In this document: piece by piece, positions 56,534 to 64,000 of the stretch | How the letters are laid out: the number at the start of each line of letters is the position of its first letter | Numbering within the stretch: the first letter of the stretch is position 1 | Assembly (NCBI GenBank): GCA_035573895.1 | Contig: DATLZR010000073.1 | Span: 2,028 to 66,027, forward strand | Direction of reading: 5' to 3' | Length of the DNA: 64,000 nucleotides | Source: Blastocatellia bacterium | Lineage (GTDB): Bacteria > Acidobacteriota > Blastocatellia > HR10 | Translations under genes and position numbers: made by a program | Notes under the pieces: generated by a model | What the model was told of the DNA's origin: nothing | The model's database searches: none | What the model saw: only the letters and a program-made list of their open reading frames with translations

Positions 56534-56947
56534 CAGCAGTAGTATAAACCCTCGAGCCTGCTCCAAAGTCAATAAAGAAGTTTTCAAGTCCACCATCAAA
56601 GCTCCCCGGGAGTAAATATCCCGGGATGTTATGTGATCCCCAAAATGTCTCCACACGAGAAATCACGGGTGCAGTCAGGGGGCAAGAATTTCTCACGAAC
56701 GCCCTATTCCAGACGCAACCAATGGTCAGTAATCGCCCTCATGGAGAAGGTCACGATTGCAGGAGCCTTTAATCGGCGCTGGTTCCGAACATGTTTCATG
56801 AATCCTTCCGGCTAAACCTCATCCACTGGGCAGCAATGGTCGGCTCTTTACCTCCTCCGTGAGCAAATGTCCTGACAGAACTTTGAGGCGGTCCCTTTCG
56901 GATGGAAGTCGGTCCCGTGGACTCGCCGAATCGTTGGTGTCCTGCCC

Positions 56948-56976
56948 TTGAATCGCCACACGAGGCAGCGTAGAAT
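56948..56976 (+). promoter_or_regulatory. Candidate sigma70-type promoter for the SurA-like gene
   Basis: TTGAAT (56948-56953), a 17-nt spacer, then TAGAAT (56971-56976). SD GAAGGA lies 6 nt before ATG 56998. Confidence 0.45.
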
Positions 56977-56997
56977 GTCGCTCTCGAAGGAACGATC

Positions 56998-58080
56998 ATG
57001 AAGATGACCGGTCACCTGTGCGTCGTATTTATCGGCTGGATGATGGCATCTCTCCCCTCACCTGGATCACCTCTCGGCCAGGAAGAGCGCGTGTTAATTG
57101 ACGAAGTCATCGCCCGGGTCAACAGCGACATCATTACGCTCTCGACCTATCGGCGGGCACAAATGGAAATTCGGCAGGAGCTACAGCAATCCGGGCTCAC
57201 CGGCCAACAGCTCGAACAGGCATACCAGCAGGCGACGAAGAACCTCCTCCAGCAGTTGGTTGATAATCAGCTCCTCGTACAAAAGGCTAATGAGCTGGGG
57301 ATCAACGTCGAGTCGCAGATCAACGAATTCATTCTCAACTGGTGCAAGCAGCAGAACATCCCTCCGGCGGACTGTGAGAGGCGACTGTCTGAAGCGGGGC
57401 TTGATCCGGATCAGGTGCGACAGACCCTGCGCATGCGCTTCCAGCGCGAAGCCGTCCTCAGCCGGGAGGTTTACTCGCGGATCTTTCAAAATATCTTTGA
57501 CCGGGACATCGAAGAATACTACAAGAACCATCTCGATGAGTTCGCCGAACCCGAGACAGTTCGCCTCAGCGAAATATTCGTGCCCTTTACCGAACGAACG
57601 AGAGCCCAGGCCGAGCAGACGGTCCGGGAGATCATACAGAGGTTGCGCGAGGGTGCGGATTTTGGTGAGTTAGCCGAGCGATATTCGTCCCGGCCCTCGG
57701 CCAAAATGAAAGGAGACATCGGGACCTTCGCCCTGGGGCCCCGGCGGACGCTGGGCGATGCCCAAGCTAAGGCCATCGAGGGGAAGAAGGTTGGCGACGT
57801 AACCGATCCCATCGAACTTTCCGACGGGTTTCAAATCCTCAAGGTGACCGATCGCCGGGAGCGCACGTTGAAGCCGCTCGATGCAGAATTGAAACGACGG
57901 ATCCAGATGCGGATCGTTCAGGAGCGGGCCGAACCCGCGGTGACTGCTTACATCGAGAATCTCCGGAAGGATGCCTATATCTGGGTTGCGCCAGATTACC
58001 GCGACCAGGTGACTGCACTCGCCGCAACCGAGACCAAAGAGGGCAAATCGTCCAAGGACTCAAAACCGCAGAAGAAGTGA
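56998..58080 (+). CDS. Periplasmic parvulin-type peptidyl-prolyl isomerase / chaperone (SurA-like)
   Basis: A signal peptide and SurA-like N-terminal helical domain are followed by a PPIC-type rotamase region (SEIFVPF...FGELAERYSSRPSAKMKGDIGTF). Confidence 0.8.
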   Translation: MKMTGHLCVVFIGWMMASLPSPGSPLGQEERVLIDEVIARVNSDIITLSTYRRAQMEIRQELQQSGLTGQQLEQAYQQATKNLLQQLVDNQLLVQKANELGINVESQINEFILNWCKQQNIPPADCERRLSEAGLDPDQVRQTLRMRFQREAVLSREVYSRIFQNIFDRDIEEYYKNHLDEFAEPETVRLSEIFVPFTERTRAQAEQTVREIIQRLREGADFGELAERYSSRPSAKMKGDIGTFALGPRRTLGDAQAKAIEGKKVGDVTDPIELSDGFQILKVTDRRERTLKPLDAELKRRIQMRIVQERAEPAVTAYIENLRKDAYIWVAPDYRDQVTALAATETKEGKSSKDSKPQKK

Positions 58081-58117
58081 AAGAACGGCCATTCCCACTC
58101 CACCATCTGTCACCGCA

Positions 58118-58963
58118 ATGATCGAGACTCGCGCCACGGTCGTCAGCAATGACCCCGAAGGACAGAATTATTGGCGGCTGCGTCTCTCGCTGAAGATTCC
58201 CCTTCGGCCTCAGCCCGGTCAATTTGCCATGCTTCGCCCCAGCGACCAGATCGAGCCCATTCTTCGTCGCGCGTTTGTCTTCTATCGCGTAAAGGAGCGC
58301 GACACGGGAACCGACTGCGAGTTCATCTATAAGATCGTGGGCCGGGGGACACAACAACTCCGGCGCGCACGACCGGGCGACACGATTGATTTCCTCGGCC
58401 CCCTCGGCCGGGGCTTTCATTTTGAGACGCTCACTCCTTCGACGGGAGAAGTGTACCTCGTCTCCGGTGGCGTGGGGTTACCGGCCCTCTACATGCTGGC
58501 TGAAGAACTCTCCCTGCGGGGCATCCACGTGAAACTGTTTCACGGCGAAGCCACTGCTCGACCGGAGATGGAACCGGCGGGGCTGAGTGATTTCACTCTC
58601 CTTCTGGGGAGAGAGGCCATTGTCTGCACGACTGAAGATGGCTCGTTTGGTCGCCGAGGACTTGTGACCGAACCACTCGAAGAAGAGCTTCGCCAGGGCG
58701 CAACGTGTCCGGCTCGGATTTTTGCCTGCGGCCCCTCAGCGATGCTTCGGGAGATCACCCGCTTATCACGGGAGTTCCGGGTTCCGGCGGAGATCTCGGT
58801 CGAGGCGGCGATGGGCTGCGGGTTCGGCGTATGCCTGGGCTGCGTCGTCCCGGTGAGAGACTGCACGACACATCGAGTCACGTTCAAACGGGTCTGTATT
58901 GAAGGGCCCGTTTTCTCTGCCGACGAGCTGGCATGGGAGGACCTCCCGGCCAGCGCATCATAA
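58118..58963 (+). CDS. pyrK: Dihydroorotate dehydrogenase B electron-transfer subunit
   Basis: An FAD/NAD-binding fold (FACGPSAML) is followed by the C-terminal [2Fe-2S] motif CGFGVCLGCVV...C. Confidence 0.9.
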   Translation: MIETRATVVSNDPEGQNYWRLRLSLKIPLRPQPGQFAMLRPSDQIEPILRRAFVFYRVKERDTGTDCEFIYKIVGRGTQQLRRARPGDTIDFLGPLGRGFHFETLTPSTGEVYLVSGGVGLPALYMLAEELSLRGIHVKLFHGEATARPEMEPAGLSDFTLLLGREAIVCTTEDGSFGRRGLVTEPLEEELRQGATCPARIFACGPSAMLREITRLSREFRVPAEISVEAAMGCGFGVCLGCVVPVRDCTTHRVTFKRVCIEGPVFSADELAWEDLPASAS

Positions 58964-58976
58964 AATGGGCTGAGGC

Positions 58977-59939
58977 ATGGTTGACCTCTCGGTGACAATT
59001 GCCGGCATTCGTTTCAAGAATCCGGTGCTCACGGCCAGTGGAACCTTCGGATACGGAGTGGAATTCGCTCCCCTTCTTGATCTCAACGCCCTGGGCGGGA
59101 TTTGTACCAAGGGTCTCTCCTACCGCCCACTGGAGGGTAATCCTCCTCCCCGAATCGTTGAGACACACGGCGGGATGATCAACTCCATCGGTCTGCAGAA
59201 CATCGGTGTGGAGGCGTTTGTGCGCGATGTGTTGCCTCAGTTGCGGCAATACGATACCCGGATTATCGCCAATGTCTTCGGCTTCAATCGAGACGAATAT
59301 CTCGACGTCATCCGTGTTCTCAACGATGCTGACGGTGTGGACGCCTACGAACTGAATATTTCCTGCCCCAATGTCTCGTCGGGCGGAATGGAGTTCGGAA
59401 ATGATCCCGGTGAGGCGGCACGACTGACGGAAGCCTGCAAACGCCTGGCCCACCGTCCGGTCTTCGTCAAACTGTCGCCCAATGCCCCCGATATTGGAGA
59501 TGTCGCAGTGGCAGTGGAGAAGGCCGGAGCTGATGCCGTCTCGGTAACCAATACGATCCTCGGCATGTCCGTGGATATTTACACGCGACGACCCCGGCTG
59601 GCTACAGTCATGGGTGGCGTGTCAGGACCGGCCATTAAACCCATTGCCCTGCGTATGGTCTTTCAGGTTGCCCGCCGCGTAGCAATCCCGGTAATTGGCA
59701 TCGGGGGCATCGCCACGGCAGAAGATGCCCTCGAATTTCTCATCGCGGGAGCGACTGCCATCCAGGTGGGGACGGCGAATTACTATGATCCACTGGCCTC
59801 CATCAAGATCATTGACGGGTTGAACCGATACTGTAAGCAGCGCTCGCTCGATTCGATACTCCCGCTCATCGGCTCGATCGAACTTCCAACCAACTTACGC
59901 AATGCGGAAGGATGTCAGCAACCAGACGTCGCATCTTGA
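58977..59939 (+). CDS. pyrD: Dihydroorotate dehydrogenase B catalytic subunit (class 1B)
   Basis: [15 protein letters not shown] and IGIGGI are present. Confidence 0.95.
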   Translation: MVDLSVTIAGIRFKNPVLTASGTFGYGVEFAPLLDLNALGGICTKGLSYRPLEGNPPPRIVETHGGMINSIGLQNIGVEAFVRDVLPQLRQYDTRIIANVFGFNRDEYLDVIRVLNDADGVDAYELNISCPNVSSGGMEFGNDPGEAARLTEACKRLAHRPVFVKLSPNAPDIGDVAVAVEKAGADAVSVTNTILGMSVDIYTRRPRLATVMGGVSGPAIKPIALRMVFQVARRVAIPVIGIGGIATAEDALEFLIAGATAIQVGTANYYDPLASIKIIDGLNRYCKQRSLDSILPLIGSIELPTNLRNAEGCQQPDVAS

Positions 59940-59963
59940 CACTTTCGAAAGCTGACACGTAAA

Positions 59964-60533
59964 ATGCCTACCTTTCATGAAAACTCCCTCATGAACGAGG
60001 AAAAAGCTTTGTCGCCGAACAAGGAACATCTGGATTCAACAACGGAGTCAACATTGCTGGAGGATGATCCCCCGGAAGTCCCCCTCGTACAAGAGCTGAG
60101 TCCGTCACCCTGTTCTCCGGCGGCGAGCCGGTTGGACTCCCAAGCCCGATCACTGACGCAGGCGCTCAAAGCCATTGCCGCCGTGGTCGCCGGATTTGTT
60201 TTTCCCGGCGGCGGTCATTTCATTCAGGGTCGCTGGGGGCGGGGACTGGCACTGGGATTGAGCGTCGTCGGGATGTTCGTGTGCGGACTCTTCTGGATGG
60301 CGGGACATCTCTACGTTCCCGAAAAAGGCGAGTGGCTTTCGTTTTTCCCTTTCCTGGCCAATGTGGGGCTTGGTGGGCTCTATGTCCTTTGCCTCCTTCT
60401 CCGTGTGGGACTGACGGTCAACGCCGATGCGCCTACTTACGAGTACGGCAATACGTTCGTTCTTGTGGCTGGACTGTTGAACTTTCTGGTCATTCTCGAT
60501 GCCTACGATCTCGCTATCGGGAGGAAGAAGTAG
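59964..60533 (+). CDS. Hypothetical membrane protein (acidic N-terminal region plus about 4 TM segments)
   Basis: The 189-aa ORF has hydrophobic segments from about aa 70 onward. I recognise no family. Confidence 0.55.
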   Translation: MPTFHENSLMNEEKALSPNKEHLDSTTESTLLEDDPPEVPLVQELSPSPCSPAASRLDSQARSLTQALKAIAAVVAGFVFPGGGHFIQGRWGRGLALGLSVVGMFVCGLFWMAGHLYVPEKGEWLSFFPFLANVGLGGLYVLCLLLRVGLTVNADAPTYEYGNTFVLVAGLLNFLVILDAYDLAIGRKK

Positions 60534-60698
60534 ATGCATCTGGCAGCAATGGTTCTTTTCGCACTCTTTGTTTCGGTCGTCTTCGCCGTGACGACCAAGG
60601 ACGAGCTGAAAGACCGGGTCACTTACGGAGCCAAGGTCTTTGGGGCTTTCCTTGGGATCGCGCTGCTGCTTGGGTGGATCATGTACCCGTTCACCTAG
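60534..60698 (+). CDS. Small (54 aa) two-TM membrane protein, below the ORF-track cutoff
   Basis: ATG 60534 immediately follows the TAG of the upstream gene. The translation is MHLAAMVLFALFVSVVFAVTTKDELKDRVTYGAKVFGAFLGIALLLGWIMYPFT. Confidence 0.45.
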   Translation: MHLAAMVLFALFVSVVFAVTTKDELKDRVTYGAKVFGAFLGIALLLGWIMYPFT

Positions 60699-60776
60699 CA
60701 TTTATCGGGAGACGCCCCCTGGCCGCATCATTGAGCCACTGACCGAGATTTTTTGGAAACTGGACCCCTGTTTCCG

Positions 60777-61367
60777 ATGGAGTCACTTGACGAGTTGATC
60801 GAGCAAGCGGCAAAGGCTCACGGGCACCTCTGCCCCGGCCAAATCCTGGGCCTCCGCATGGGCATTCTCGGCTGCCGCCTCGTTGGCGTCGAGGATCCAA
60901 AGAAAGAGAAAAGCCTCATTGTGTGTGTGGAAATTGATCGGTGTGCTACCGACGCCCTGAGCGTTGTGACCGGCTGCCGTCTGGGAAAGAGAACGTTGAA
61001 ATTTTTCGATTATGGGAAAGTTGCGGCAACATTCATCAACACGAGGACCGGCTGCGCCTATCGCGTTGTGGCGCGCGACAGCAGTCGGGTTCTGGCCGAT
61101 GAGCTTTTCTCCCACTTGCCGACAAAGAAGGACAGACAGATGGCCGCCTATCGAACGCTGCCGGATGACGAACTTTTCACCTACGAACGGGTTCGCATCG
61201 CCCTGTCACCGGAGGATCTCCCCGGTCGCCCTCGATCGCGTGTTTTCTGCGCCCGGTGCGGCGAGGGAGTCAATGACCACCGTGAAGTAGTGGTGAATGG
61301 CCAGCCTCTTTGTCGCGCTTGTGCCGGTAACGCCTACTACGAGAAAATCCCCCCTTCGGTGGATTGA
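60777..61367 (+). CDS. FmdE-family protein with C-terminal zinc ribbon
   Basis: [36 protein letters not shown] and the C-terminal CARCGE...CRAC are present. The start is ATG 60777; TTG 60753 is possible. Confidence 0.75.
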   Translation: MESLDELIEQAAKAHGHLCPGQILGLRMGILGCRLVGVEDPKKEKSLIVCVEIDRCATDALSVVTGCRLGKRTLKFFDYGKVAATFINTRTGCAYRVVARDSSRVLADELFSHLPTKKDRQMAAYRTLPDDELFTYERVRIALSPEDLPGRPRSRVFCARCGEGVNDHREVVVNGQPLCRACAGNAYYEKIPPSVD

Positions 61368-61950
61368 CCTATTGGTGGGGACGTGATCGTCAGGGGTCAA
61401 CCATCCGCTCGCCCTAAGGAATGATGACGTGCCTCTGGATCTCATAAGGCTGATCTCTTCACCTAACCCTTTTGGGTCATCTCCTGGGAAACCTGGAAGA
61501 ACGGACACGTCTTGTGTGTACGCTGGAACTCAGTACCACGTATGCGCAAAGCGCACGCTACCAAGTTTTCAGCGCTCGTCCGGCCGCCGAGAACGAGCGA
61601 CTTCTCTCAACAGGTTGAGCAAGCTGTTGTCTGGGGGCTCGTTCGCAGGCCCAAATCTGCGCCGCTCATTTCCGGTGTTGGGCCGGCAGGGCTCGCTCTC
61701 ATGAAACCCTTGATTGAGAAACCATCGGTGAAGCGCCCCAAGTCACACGGCGCGTCCGTTCTCGTCTTGGGGCCGGATATCACAATCATGGAGGTGATCG
61801 CGCTCAGATGGTCGGCGCATTGCAAGAGCATCTCGCATGCGTGTAAAATCCACCTTTTCCGTCAAGCAGTAGAGCTGAGGGCTTCCACTGATTCGGAACG
61901 GGTGGGGGCAATGAATTCAAACAGCCTGTGAGTGAGTAGGGACGCCGGAT

Positions 61951-63342
61951 ATGATCGTGATGAAATTTGGCGGCACGTCGGTCGGGAGCGCTCAGAACCT
62001 CCGCCGCGTCACGGACATCATTCGTAATCATGTGAAGCAGCGGCCCGTTGTGGTCGTCTCGGCGATGAACGGGATCACGGATCTCATCCTGTCAGCCGCG
62101 CAGGCGGCGGCCATGGGACAGGAGCAGGAATTGAAGACGCGCCTCATCCAATTTGAAGAAAGGCATGCGACGGCGATCCGATCCCTCTTCCCCGAAGAGA
62201 AGGAACGCACCCGGCTGTTAAACCTGGTTGATCGGTTCAAAGAGGAATTACACCGGATTCTTATCGGCATGAGTTACCTCGGCGATGCTCCGCCCCGGGC
62301 TCTCGATGCCATCGTTTCCTTCGGGGAGAGGCTGCTGGCAGAAATTCTCGCGGCATACATGAATCGGCAGGGGCTTGTCTCCCGCGCCATCAATGCGCAC
62401 AAGCTCATCGTCACGGATGATCATTTCGGAGCGGCCTCTCCGCTGATGGAACCGACGACCAGGCGTTGCCGGCGAATCATTCTCCCGCTGGTTCGGAAAG
62501 GAATTGTCCCGGTCATCACCGGCTTCATCGGGGCCACCAGGGAAGGTGTTCCCACGACCCTCGGACGTGGAGGTTCGGATTATTCGGCCGCGCTCATCGG
62601 TGCCGCATTGCGGGCACATGAGATCTGGATCTACACGGATGTAGACGGCGTGATGAGTTCCGATCCCAAGGTCGTACCCAACAGTCGCCCGCTCGAAGAA
62701 CTCTCCTATCACGAGGTCGCCGAGTTGGCTTACTTCGGGGCTAAGGTCGTTCACCCGAAGACAGTCTTTCCCGCCATCGAACACCAGATCCCCTTGCGCA
62801 TCAAGAACACATTCAATCCGGACTTCCCCGGCACCCGAATCGTTCGTCGCACATCGCCGATGAATCATATCGTCAAAGCGATTTCCGCCATCGGCCATCT
62901 GAGCCTGGTGACCGTCGAAGGAGCGGGAATGCTCGGTGTGCCGGAGATGACGGCCCGGGTTTTCGATACCATAGCGCGAGAAAAGATCAACGTATTACTC
63001 ATCACCCAGGCATCGTCTCAGCAGAGCATCTGTTTCGTCGTGCGGCAGAGTGATGCGCCCGTCGTTCAGAAAGCGTTGCGAGAAGAGTTTGCGCGGGAAC
63101 TTCGTCGGGGTGACCTTCAACGCATTGGCGTTCAGGATGGCGTGGCGATCATCGCCGTCGTCGGCGAAGGAATGAGAGGAACGCCGGGCGTCGCCGGACG
63201 ACTCTGTTCGGCGCTCGGACGCGATGGCATCAACATCATTGCCATCGCCCAGGGATCATCCGAGCGCAATATCTCCCTTGTTGTGAGCGACAGGGAAAGA
63301 GCCCACGCCGTGCGGAGCATTCACAAGGAGTTCATCGGATGA
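61951..63342 (+). CDS. lysC: Aspartate kinase (with C-terminal ACT domains)
   Basis: MIVMKFGGTSVG, GRGGSDYSA and the ACT region IIAVVGEGM are present. Confidence 0.95.
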   Translation: MIVMKFGGTSVGSAQNLRRVTDIIRNHVKQRPVVVVSAMNGITDLILSAAQAAAMGQEQELKTRLIQFEERHATAIRSLFPEEKERTRLLNLVDRFKEELHRILIGMSYLGDAPPRALDAIVSFGERLLAEILAAYMNRQGLVSRAINAHKLIVTDDHFGAASPLMEPTTRRCRRIILPLVRKGIVPVITGFIGATREGVPTTLGRGGSDYSAALIGAALRAHEIWIYTDVDGVMSSDPKVVPNSRPLEELSYHEVAELAYFGAKVVHPKTVFPAIEHQIPLRIKNTFNPDFPGTRIVRRTSPMNHIVKAISAIGHLSLVTVEGAGMLGVPEMTARVFDTIAREKINVLLITQASSQQSICFVVRQSDAPVVQKALREEFARELRRGDLQRIGVQDGVAIIAVVGEGMRGTPGVAGRLCSALGRDGINIIAIAQGSSERNISLVVSDRERAHAVRSIHKEFIG

Positions 63343-64000
63343 GGAAGGAGAAGATTGCGGTCGGAATTCTCGGAGCCACCGGAGCCGTCGGTCAGCGATT
63401 GGTGGCGCTGCTGGAAAATCACCCGTGGTTCGAGCTTACCGAGGTGGCCGCCTCGGATCGGACGGCCGGTCACTCCTATGGGGAAGCCGTTCACTGGTTG
63501 TTGCCCTCACCGATTCCCGAAAAAATCAAGACCCTGAAAATCAAGGAATGTCTTCCCACCTTGAACTGCCAGCTCGTCATCTCCGCGCTTCCTGCTGATG
63601 TCGCCCGGTCGGTCGAGATGGAATTCGCTCGCGCCGGATATGTTGTCTCCAGTAATGCGAGTGCCTTTCGGCTCGAGCCGGATGTTCCTTTGGTGATCCC
63701 CGAAGTAAATCCCGATCACCTTCAATTGATCCCGCGGCAAAAGCAGCGACGAGGATTTGACCGAGGCTTCCTCATTACCAATCCCAATTGTTCGACCATC
63801 AGCCTCGTGCTCGTGCTCAAACCCCTTATGGAACGGTTCGGCGTGCGACAGGTCATGGTCACGACTCTTCAAGCCGTGTCAGGGGCCGGATACCCCGGCG
63901 TGGCATCATTGGACATCATTGATAACGTCATCCCCTACATCCCCCAGGAGGAAGACAAACTCGAGCGTGAGGCGTTGAAACTTCTGGGGCGTTGTGACGG
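63339..64000 (+). CDS. asd: Aspartate-semialdehyde dehydrogenase, N-terminal part; runs off the window
   Basis: ATG 63339-63341 overlaps the lysC TGA (ATGA). The translation begins MRKEKIAVGILGATGAVGQRLV, and the catalytic Cys lies in ITNPNCSTI. This frame is absent from the ORF track because no stop codon falls inside the window. Confidence 0.9.
   Translation, partial: MRKEKIAVGILGATGAVGQRLVALLENHPWFELTEVAASDRTAGHSYGEAVHWLLPSPIPEKIKTLKIKECLPTLNCQLVISALPADVARSVEMEFARAGYVVSSNASAFRLEPDVPLVIPEVNPDHLQLIPRQKQRRGFDRGFLITNPNCSTISLVLVLKPLMERFGVRQVMVTTLQAVSGAGYPGVASLDIIDNVIPYIPQEEDKLEREALKLLGRCD

Noticed and set aside
61512-61931. 139-aa plus-strand ORF in the lysC upstream region.
   Set aside because: It has a TTG start without an SD, an Arg/Ser/Pro-rich composition, and no motifs. 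I treat the region as a non-coding leader.
61780-61950. Lysine riboswitch (L-box) in front of lysC.
   Set aside because: Isolated short resemblances (GTAGAGC, CCTGTGA) are present. The conserved AGAGGNGC, GCCGAAG and ACUGUCA core elements, and the roughly 180-nt five-stem layout, could not be found.
63355-63537. 60-aa ORF at the start of the asd region.
   Set aside because: It is out of frame with the clearly recognisable asd reading frame, which starts at 63339 and continues to the window end.

Overview
This is a GC-rich (judged by eye, not computed), densely coding stretch of a bacterial chromosome with about 60 CDS and 2 tRNAs. I found no rRNA, CRISPR array, transposase, integrase or phage genes. 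The taxon cannot be established from the sequence. Frequent GTG starts, a HEAT-repeat Ser/Thr kinase and a giant FG-GAP/beta-helix exoprotein fit an Acidobacteriota-like organism, but that is only inference.

Most of the window is core metabolism:
- A beta-oxidation module: two acyl-CoA dehydrogenases, a TetR regulator and a divergent acyl-CoA synthetase.
- pssA-psd, tsaB-rimI and mutS.
- A nine-gene his operon, hisG-D-C-(HAD)-B-H-A-F-I.
- gap-pgk-tpiA-secG-tRNA-Leu, tkt-recX, pyrK-pyrD and lysC-asd.

The items most worth a second look:
1. An exported peroxiredoxin has an in-frame TGA exactly at the peroxidatic Cys position, followed by a SECIS-like hairpin. It is probably a selenoprotein that the ORF track splits in two.
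2. A large-cap HAD phosphatase is translationally coupled inside the his operon, which otherwise lacks a histidinol-phosphate phosphatase.
3. A MerR / MerT-HMA-HMA fusion / Cys-rich CopZ-N-terminal-like protein / Cys-His membrane protein cluster has no mercuric reductase in the window.
4. A 1642-aa secreted protein combines FG-GAP, CSLREA/beta-helix, four Ig-like repeats, a cohesin and a dockerin. It sits directly upstream of a TPM / degenerate nucleotidyltransferase / LemA trio.
5. A single polypeptide fuses a beta-lactamase-fold (AmiE-like) domain to a DUF1343/NamZ domain.
6. A heptad-repeat gene is broken by a 1-nt frame change.
7. Two long non-coding regions with conspicuous hairpins remain unexplained.

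All functional calls rest on motif recognition in the supplied translations. No database search was run.
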